From assembly GCA_938091905.1 (NCBI GenBank), contig CALKOM010000114.1:1-54470 (forward strand): a DNA stretch of 54,470 nt, in the 5' to 3' direction. The notes under the pieces are model-generated. The model had not been told where the DNA came from, made no database searches, and worked only from the letters and a program-made list of their open reading frames with translations. This stretch comes from an uncultured Verrucomicrobiales bacterium (GTDB taxonomy: Bacteria > Verrucomicrobiota > Verrucomicrobiia > Verrucomicrobiales > DEV007). Numbering within the stretch: position 1 is the stretch's first letter; each line of letters begins with the position of its first letter. Below, piece by piece: positions 48,831 through 54,470 of the stretch. Both the position numbers and the translations under genes were made by a program.

Positions 48831-49032
48831 GGATCCCAGTCGCAAGCGTCGTCTACAGACGGAAAGCTGGTTGCCTTGCCAGTACGGAGACCGTCATGGT
48901 TGGCCCCAGAGTATGGCCGTCAGGCTGGTCTGGAAGCTTCTATCGAATGGTGTTTGGAAGCCCGTAGGGCCACTCCTCGACTTTGCCTACGAACACCGAG
49001 GCCACCTTCTGTAATCATTCCTAGCTTGCTTG

Positions 49033-50913
49033 CTAGTTCAATTCGTATGCCTCGCCTGTCTCGGACATCATGCCGTAGCGCACCTTTCCCTGGAAGTCGA
49101 TGCGTCGTCCTGCAGGCAAATCGGCCACGTTTTGTAAGCCATCTTCTTGGTCCGAACCACGGTTCCACGAGAGACGTTCACTCCCAACGGCAATGAAGGT
49201 GAGTTTGGATATGGCGGAATGGTCGTCATCGTTGAACTCGATAGCGCCCTGCCATTCAAGGGTGATGTCATGTTCCCAAATTCGGCTGTCGCCGCGACTG
49301 CCTCTCTCATCTTGATGCGCCGAAACGTCGGAGGTTCCCCAGATCTGAAGCTGAGTTTCACCCGTTCGCCTAGCCCACAACACAATGTCGGCCTTGGTCG
49401 TCTTGGCTCTGATGAGCGCATCCCCAATTGGCATGACATCAAGCATGCCGAGGTAGGCGTTCTGCACCAGCAGACGCGCGAAAGCATTGGGAATGCGAAA
49501 GGCATCGCCGCCAGCAGCCTTCGCGGCGTCTCCCAAGGTTTGCTGAAAGGAGAGCGGAACGGAGAAACGATCCTCGATGTAGTTTTCCTGAACCCGTGCG
49601 TTTGATAGGGGAAGTCCGTTAGCATCTAGAGCCCTGCCCACCACTTTCGTCAGAATAGAACCTTTGGGCCTAGGCAAGTCGCCCAGGCATTCGTGCTCCA
49701 AAGGAAACTCAAGTTCTCCCTCTCTGTTCGGCATGTCGTCCAACTTGTGCACAGGGAAGCGCATGAAACGTTCGGCCATCACAGGTTTCGCAGCATCAGG
49801 AGTTTCCTCGAAGCGGTCGGCCACGTGATCGAGAAATCCAAGCACACTATCATTGCTGTCGAACATGACTGACCAGGCCAGAACCTTGCCTGAAGAATTC
49901 ATCGTGCAGATCCCTTGGGGTGCGGGCTGGGTACGCTTAAGTTCTTGATAAAGTTGCCCTTCGACGCCAGAAGGCGGATTTCGAACCATACCAGCTTTCA
50001 AGGCCACGGGAATGAATTCGCGCTCGATTCGGGCGATCACATCAGGGTTAGAAAACACGGCCTCACGGGCCGCTCCGGCAAACACTCAACAGCGTTTATC
50101 ATCGACCGGCCGGTCAATAAACACCCACAGGATAATCGGCTTTTTCTCTACTTGCGAGGCTTTGAGGCCTTGGAGTAGGCAGGTCTTCCACTCAATCTTG
50201 CGCCAAGCAACATCTTCCACGCGGAGAGCAGCGACCTCTGACTCCAGTTCCTCCGTGCTCTTGAAGGAGGTTGGCGGTTCTGGCGCTTCCTCCGGTGCGT
50301 CTTCTTCACCGAGCAGTTCTAGTGCTTTATCAAGAACAGTCTCAGCTTCGGCATGCTTCCCCAACTCCATCAACTTGGGAAATCTCTGCATCAATTTGAC
50401 GACTTCGAATGGCTGCTCACCAGCTTGGGACTTGGCCTGAACGCCTTCCTGCACCCGTTTCACTTTCGCCGTCAGTCGCTTCTCCATCGACCTGGGATCG
50501 TGCTGTTCCCTTTGTGTTACATGAAACTGGCGTAAAGTGTTTCGCTGGGTCGCTGTCAGGATGTTGTTCACCTGAATAAGCATCTGTAAATGAAGCTGCT
50601 TCACCGCGCGCTCCGCATCGACGACGATATCTAGGCCTTCGATCGCCTTGGGCTCATCAATTTTGTGATTATGCAAAATCTGCCCCAGTGCCTCTACCGC
50701 AACCTGCAAAGCCGTTTGCTTCTCGCTACTTTGTTCATGAGCTTTATCAATCGCATCTCTGATAGCGTCTCGTTGCTCATCGGTAATTCCTACTTCGACT
50801 GCTTTCTGCATGACGACCTGTGGTGGCACCAGATGTTCGCTTAACGGATCTTCCTGCGCGTTGGCGCCAAGAGCGACGAACGCCAGGAGAAGGAATGATC
50901 GCATGTATTTCAT
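49033..50913 (-). CDS. Putative 626-aa exported selenoprotein: Spy/CpxP-like domain + thioredoxin-like domain with Cys-Sec (U276)
   Basis: ORFs 50086-50913 and 49033-50085 share a frame and are separated only by one TGA: ...IILWVFIDRPVDDKRC-TGA-VFAGAAREAVFSNPDVIARIEREFIPV. A SECIS-like hairpin follows, and selB is in the window. Confidence 0.8.
50050..50085 (-). promoter_or_regulatory. Candidate bacterial SECIS element
   Basis: UGA, 12 nt, then stem GCGGCC / loop CGUGA / GGCCGU. The loop starts 18 nt after the UGA and has G at its second position. Confidence 0.6.
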
Positions 50914-51251
50914 AGGTCGAATTCAGTTAGAGTTGGCAAATGAGTGTTTATTAGAAAACTGGTCGGCGACCTCCAGGCGGTTGCTGTAGAGGCGTAGATT
51001 TCCCGTGAAATAATTTCTGAGTATCGATCAAACGTAATCGTTTCAGGACTAGCGCTAGGATCATGAGACAGTCCTATGGAAAAGACCATCGCCACGCATG
51101 CGGCCGCCAACGCATAAGCGGTAAATCCCAGCCGCCAAGAGCCACTCCTCGACGAGGGCAATGAGAACGCAGGGGCTGATTCTAAGCCTACGGCTTTCAG
51201 CTCTCGGAATGCCTTCGCCAAGTCGTTGTCTTCGTGATCAGTCTCATTCAT
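50910..51251 (-). CDS. Putative membrane anti-sigma factor
   Basis: Short cytoplasmic N-terminus, one TM helix (FTAYALAAACVAMVFSIGL), W.SPT.FL tail. Overlaps the sigma stop and the selenoprotein start. Confidence 0.65.
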   Translation of the reverse strand: MNETDHEDNDLAKAFRELKAVGLESAPAFSLPSSRSGSWRLGFTAYALAAACVAMVFSIGLSHDPSASPETITFDRYSEIISREIYASTATAWRSPTSFLINTHLPTLTEFDL

Positions 51252-51750
51252 ACGGACCTTCCTCCAACCGTTTCCGTAGTTGTTCCTTGCCGCGTTGATA
51301 GTGTTTGCGCGCTGAGCCAAGACTCACATGCATCACTTTGGACGCCTGCTCGATCGTGAAATCTTGATAGAACACGAGGTGTAGTACCTCGCGCTGACGC
51401 GGAGACAGTGCTCGCAATGCTAGAAGGACACGTTGGCACGATTCCTTCTGTGACAACGCACATTCTGGATCGATCGAAGCAGATCTCAAAGGCTCGTAGC
51501 GAAGCAGTCCCGTCGCACGCAAGAGCTGCCGTCTTCTCTCTTCGCGAGCCGCATTCCGAATCAGTCCGAACAACCAGGTCTTGAAGGCAGACTTCCCGCC
51601 GAACTGGGCGCTTCCGTCCAGGACTTTCACATACGCATTCTGCAACACATCGTCCGCCATCGCGTGATCCCCGCAACAACAGCTGAGCGCCCAGCCAAAA
51701 CTCAATGCATGGAGTTCGGCCAATTGCGCGCGCAGCTCGGTATGGTTCAT
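51244..51750 (-). CDS. ECF-type RNA polymerase sigma factor
   Basis: ADDVLQNAY, FKTWLFGLIRN, LSPRQREVLHLVFYQDFTIEQAS.VM.VSLGS (regions 2 and 4). Confidence 0.92.
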   Translation of the reverse strand: MNHTELRAQLAELHALSFGWALSCCCGDHAMADDVLQNAYVKVLDGSAQFGGKSAFKTWLFGLIRNAAREERRRQLLRATGLLRYEPLRSASIDPECALSQKESCQRVLLALRALSPRQREVLHLVFYQDFTIEQASKVMHVSLGSARKHYQRGKEQLRKRLEEGPYE

Positions 51751-51902
51751 AAATCGGTAGCATGATCTCACTCATGGGTGACCTGAGCGATCCGTTTATA
51801 GGACATCGCGTCAAAGAAATCTCTCTAATTGCCGTGGAGTTTGAATTTCTAGGCTGACCCAGAGGCGCCAAGAAGCGGGAGGGCAGCAGTCGCAGCGCTT
51901 GG

Positions 51903-51930
51903 TTGCGTCTTGGCAAACACCTCCTATAAT
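51903..51930 (+). promoter_or_regulatory. Putative sigma70 promoter of the glutaredoxin gene
   Basis: TTGCGT-N16-TATAAT, 22 bp upstream of the ATG. Confidence 0.6.
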
Positions 51931-51952
51931 CTCAGGAAACCTACGATTAATC

Positions 51953-52315
51953 ATGTCCGAACAAGAAGCACCCAAAATCACTGCCTACCTCAAAACCTAC
52001 TGCGGCTGGAGCGAGGGCGTTCGCGCCATCATGCGGAAGCACAACCTGGAGTTTGAGGAGAAGGATATTATTAAAAATCCAGCGCAACGTGTAGAAATGG
52101 AACAGAAGACCGGGCAACCGCTGTCTCCATGTGTTGAGGTGAATGGCGAGATGCTTGCGGATGTGTCTGGTCAGGAAGTCGAGGGGTACCTGCTTGAGAA
52201 GGGGTTGATCGTAGCCTCGGACGAGGACGCTGGCGTGCCCACGGATGCTGGCTGTTCTGCGGAGGAACACGAGAAGATGGCGCAAGCGGCTTCCATCTCG
52301 TTTATCAAAGAGTAG
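51953..52315 (+). CDS. Monothiol glutaredoxin-family protein (CGWS)
   Basis: [22 protein letters not shown] (Grx fold). Start at MSEQE. Confidence 0.85.
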   Translation: MSEQEAPKITAYLKTYCGWSEGVRAIMRKHNLEFEEKDIIKNPAQRVEMEQKTGQPLSPCVEVNGEMLADVSGQEVEGYLLEKGLIVASDEDAGVPTDAGCSAEEHEKMAQAASISFIKE

Positions 52316-52377
52316 CGCGGCCTTCCAGGCCGGAACTCGGGCAGGGTGCACGAGCTACACTACTACGGCCACCGAAC

Positions 52378-52833
52378 GTGTTAGCCATTCTTCAGCGGGT
52401 TAGCGAAGCGTCTGTCTCCATTCAGGGCGTGGTAAGCGGCGCCATCGACCAGGGTTTCCTGATCTTGTTAGGAATCGAGACCGCAGATGATGCGGGTGAC
52501 GTCGAGTGGCTTGCCAACAAGATTGCTAAGATGCGGGTCTTTAGTGATGATGCAGGGTTGATGAACCGCTCGTTAGAAGACACCGGTGGCCAGACACTTG
52601 TTGTGAGCCAATTCACCTTGCATGCGAACACGAAGAAAGGGAACCGCCCCTCCTTCATCCGCGCTGCGCGTCCGGAACAAGCCATCCCGCTCTACGAATC
52701 TTTCGTTGAGGCGATGCGCTCTCAGCTTGGCCCTGACAACGTAGCCACAGGCGAGTTTGGAGCCGACATGCAGGTCGCCTTGATCAACGACGGGCCAGTG
52801 ACCATTCCGATCGATAGTCGGAACCGCCAGTAG
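52378..52833 (+). CDS. dtd: D-aminoacyl-tRNA deacylase
   Basis: [38 protein letters not shown]. Confidence 0.95.
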   Translation: MLAILQRVSEASVSIQGVVSGAIDQGFLILLGIETADDAGDVEWLANKIAKMRVFSDDAGLMNRSLEDTGGQTLVVSQFTLHANTKKGNRPSFIRAARPEQAIPLYESFVEAMRSQLGPDNVATGEFGADMQVALINDGPVTIPIDSRNRQ

Positions 52834-52840
52834 CATTCGC

Positions 52841-54469
52841 TCACTCCGCTCCCGCAGCCCAAAGAAGCAGTTTCTCGATGATAGCTGTATTGTGATGATC
52901 TGCGATTGGGACACCACCAATTCCTTCACCTCTCAGCACACTGTTGCTAATCCAGCCGGCATCCGTAACACAGACGACACGACCCTTGCCTGGCTCAGCG
53001 ATGCCTAACAAACACCCTTCAGCGTTGCGATCTCCTTTCAGGGGCGCTTGCGAGGTGTCATTGGCAACCAAGCTCCGCGGATTGGCTGGGTGATCTTTCG
53101 CCAGCTCAATGAGATTACCCGTGTAGTAAGCCCACGTTTCCCCGCCGATGATCGGCGTGTCCTCAGCCAGCTTGATCCTCTTAATGTCAGTATACTGGTT
53201 CACCCAACGCATCCCAAAGTGTGCCAGCAACTGATTCGTCGTCTCCGTCTCCAGGTTGTGATTCTCTTGGTTCCCCATGAGGATGAGCCCACCGCCTTGG
53301 TAAACATAATCGCGAAGCTGTGAGATGGCTTCAGGCGAGAATCGTGGTGGCTCAGAACCATCCCCGATCGCTTTCGCACTGGGGTTGCTAATTAAGACCA
53401 CGTCAATACCCGCAAGAGTCGCTACGGTTGGGGAAGCAGCGTCCACCTTGACCTCAAAAGGCTTTTCTAACACTTCCAGGATATCTCCATAGGTGCCGTC
53501 GGGCAAATAGCGCTTCTCCCCATCAGCGTTGAAATGTCTGCTATAGAGAAACGTTGGCTTCTCGGCAGGACTAAGAGCTGAAACACCAGGCATCATCGTT
53601 CTGATAGACCACAGGTGACCACCAGCCGTGATGTAGAGCGTCTTCCAATCATCACCGCCGAAGGTGCAGTTCGTCACTTCATCCGTCGGGATGTGGACAT
53701 AGTCCAACAACTTGCCGTCCGAAGTGATTACGTAGATTCCAGAAGTCGGTTGTTCTGAAATCTCCGCCGGGGGATTCGCTTGATGCAATCCCGCCGCCAC
53801 GTAGAGCCTGCCTTCCGTATCCTGCGCCAGCCCATCGGGGCCGCGAGTTCCGGCCCAGTCATAGACGAGATAACGCGTATCGAGATCAACATTGCCATCC
53901 TCCCCGAGATCGAACCGCCACAACTTGCGAGCGGCTCCTACTGTGTTGTTGTGGTTGTCTGCCACGAAGAGATAGCGCTCGTCGTGCGACACAAGAATCC
54001 CATTGGGCCGATCAACCTCATGAGTAATGAAACGCGTGATGGTTCCGTTCGGATCGATGCGATACACGCCCTCGACTGGCTTGCCGTCCGTATCCACTAT
54101 TTCCAATCCCTCACGGTTTCCATAGCGTGGGTCGGTGAAGTAGATCCTCCCTTTCGAATCCTTGGTGAGGTCATTGGTCGCCGCGAATCGCTTTCCGGCA
54201 TAAGTATCCGCTAGGATCTCCACCCGTCCATCCAAATGATGACGCGTGACCCGCTTCGACTTCGGTTCACAAACCAACAACGTGTTCTCAGTCTCAAACA
54301 ACAGGCCGTTTGAACCCACCCCTTTTTTAAAAACACTGGTGACCCCGCCGAGATCCAATCGGTTGATGTTCCCTTCGCCACTGGTGAATAACCCCAGCTG
54401 CGGATGCCATGCCGGCCCCTCACCAGCACCCAACTTGAGAAGCTCCACTGGCTTAGCACCATCGGCGAA
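52841..54469 (-). CDS. SMP-30/gluconolactonase-family protein fused to a C-terminal DUF4350/GATase-like domain (5' end beyond window)
   Basis: GEGPAW, SNGL, ND...D.KGRIYFTDP, RPNGI, GPDG, TNCTFGG, then a YVYQGGGLILMG domain. The frame is open to the window edge. Confidence 0.85.
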   Translation of the reverse strand, partial: FADGAKPVELLKLGAGEGPAWHPQLGLFTSGEGNINRLDLGGVTSVFKKGVGSNGLLFETENTLLVCEPKSKRVTRHHLDGRVEILADTYAGKRFAATNDLTKDSKGRIYFTDPRYGNREGLEIVDTDGKPVEGVYRIDPNGTITRFITHEVDRPNGILVSHDERYLFVADNHNNTVGAARKLWRFDLGEDGNVDLDTRYLVYDWAGTRGPDGLAQDTEGRLYVAAGLHQANPPAEISEQPTSGIYVITSDGKLLDYVHIPTDEVTNCTFGGDDWKTLYITAGGHLWSIRTMMPGVSALSPAEKPTFLYSRHFNADGEKRYLPDGTYGDILEVLEKPFEVKVDAASPTVATLAGIDVVLISNPSAKAIGDGSEPPRFSPEAISQLRDYVYQGGGLILMGNQENHNLETETTNQLLAHFGMRWVNQYTDIKRIKLAEDTPIIGGETWAYYTGNLIELAKDHPANPRSLVANDTSQAPLKGDRNAEGCLLGIAEPGKGRVVCVTDAGWISNSVLRGEGIGGVPIADHHNTAIIEKLLLWAAGAE

Positions 54470-54470
54470 G

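Noticed and set aside
51248..51916. 222-aa alternative-frame ORF over the sigma gene
   Set aside because: Overlaps the clearly conserved ECF sigma frame and has no motifs of its own.

Overview
Bacterial chromosomal window, most likely Verrucomicrobia (Verrucomicrobiales). This is inferred from an Akkermansia Amuc_1098-1102-type pilus/secretin cluster, Verrucomicrobia-style secreted-protein motifs and a Verrucomicrobia-type LexA box. The core carries mobA, fdhD, a MOSC protein, dus, argC, a CotH protein, a GH31 glucosidase, rnd, rho, coaE, the pilus cluster with two tandem secretins, a sugar phosphotransferase, aroD, selB, a PQQ dehydrogenase, a sirtuin, a NuoEF-like flavoprotein, rpsA, a glutaredoxin and dtd. 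Two patches (about 1-4.2 kb and 47.8-49 kb) look decayed. Best findings: (1) the ORF track splits one probable 626-aa selenoprotein (49033-50913, minus) at an in-frame TGA. It has a signal peptide, a Spy/CpxP-like domain and a thioredoxin-like domain with a selenoprotein-N-like DDxxCU motif, followed by a SECIS-like hairpin. It lies in an operon with an ECF sigma/anti-sigma pair, and selB is in the same window. (2) An uncalled 57-aa ORF sits behind a perfect TGTTC-N4-GAACA LexA box and ends in a beta-clamp-like QLELGL motif. (3) Fossil fragments of contractile-injection-system sheath and tube genes. (4) A candidate small RNA between dus and argC. (5) A pseudoknot-capable rpsA leader. All family calls are from visual motif recognition; no searches were run.
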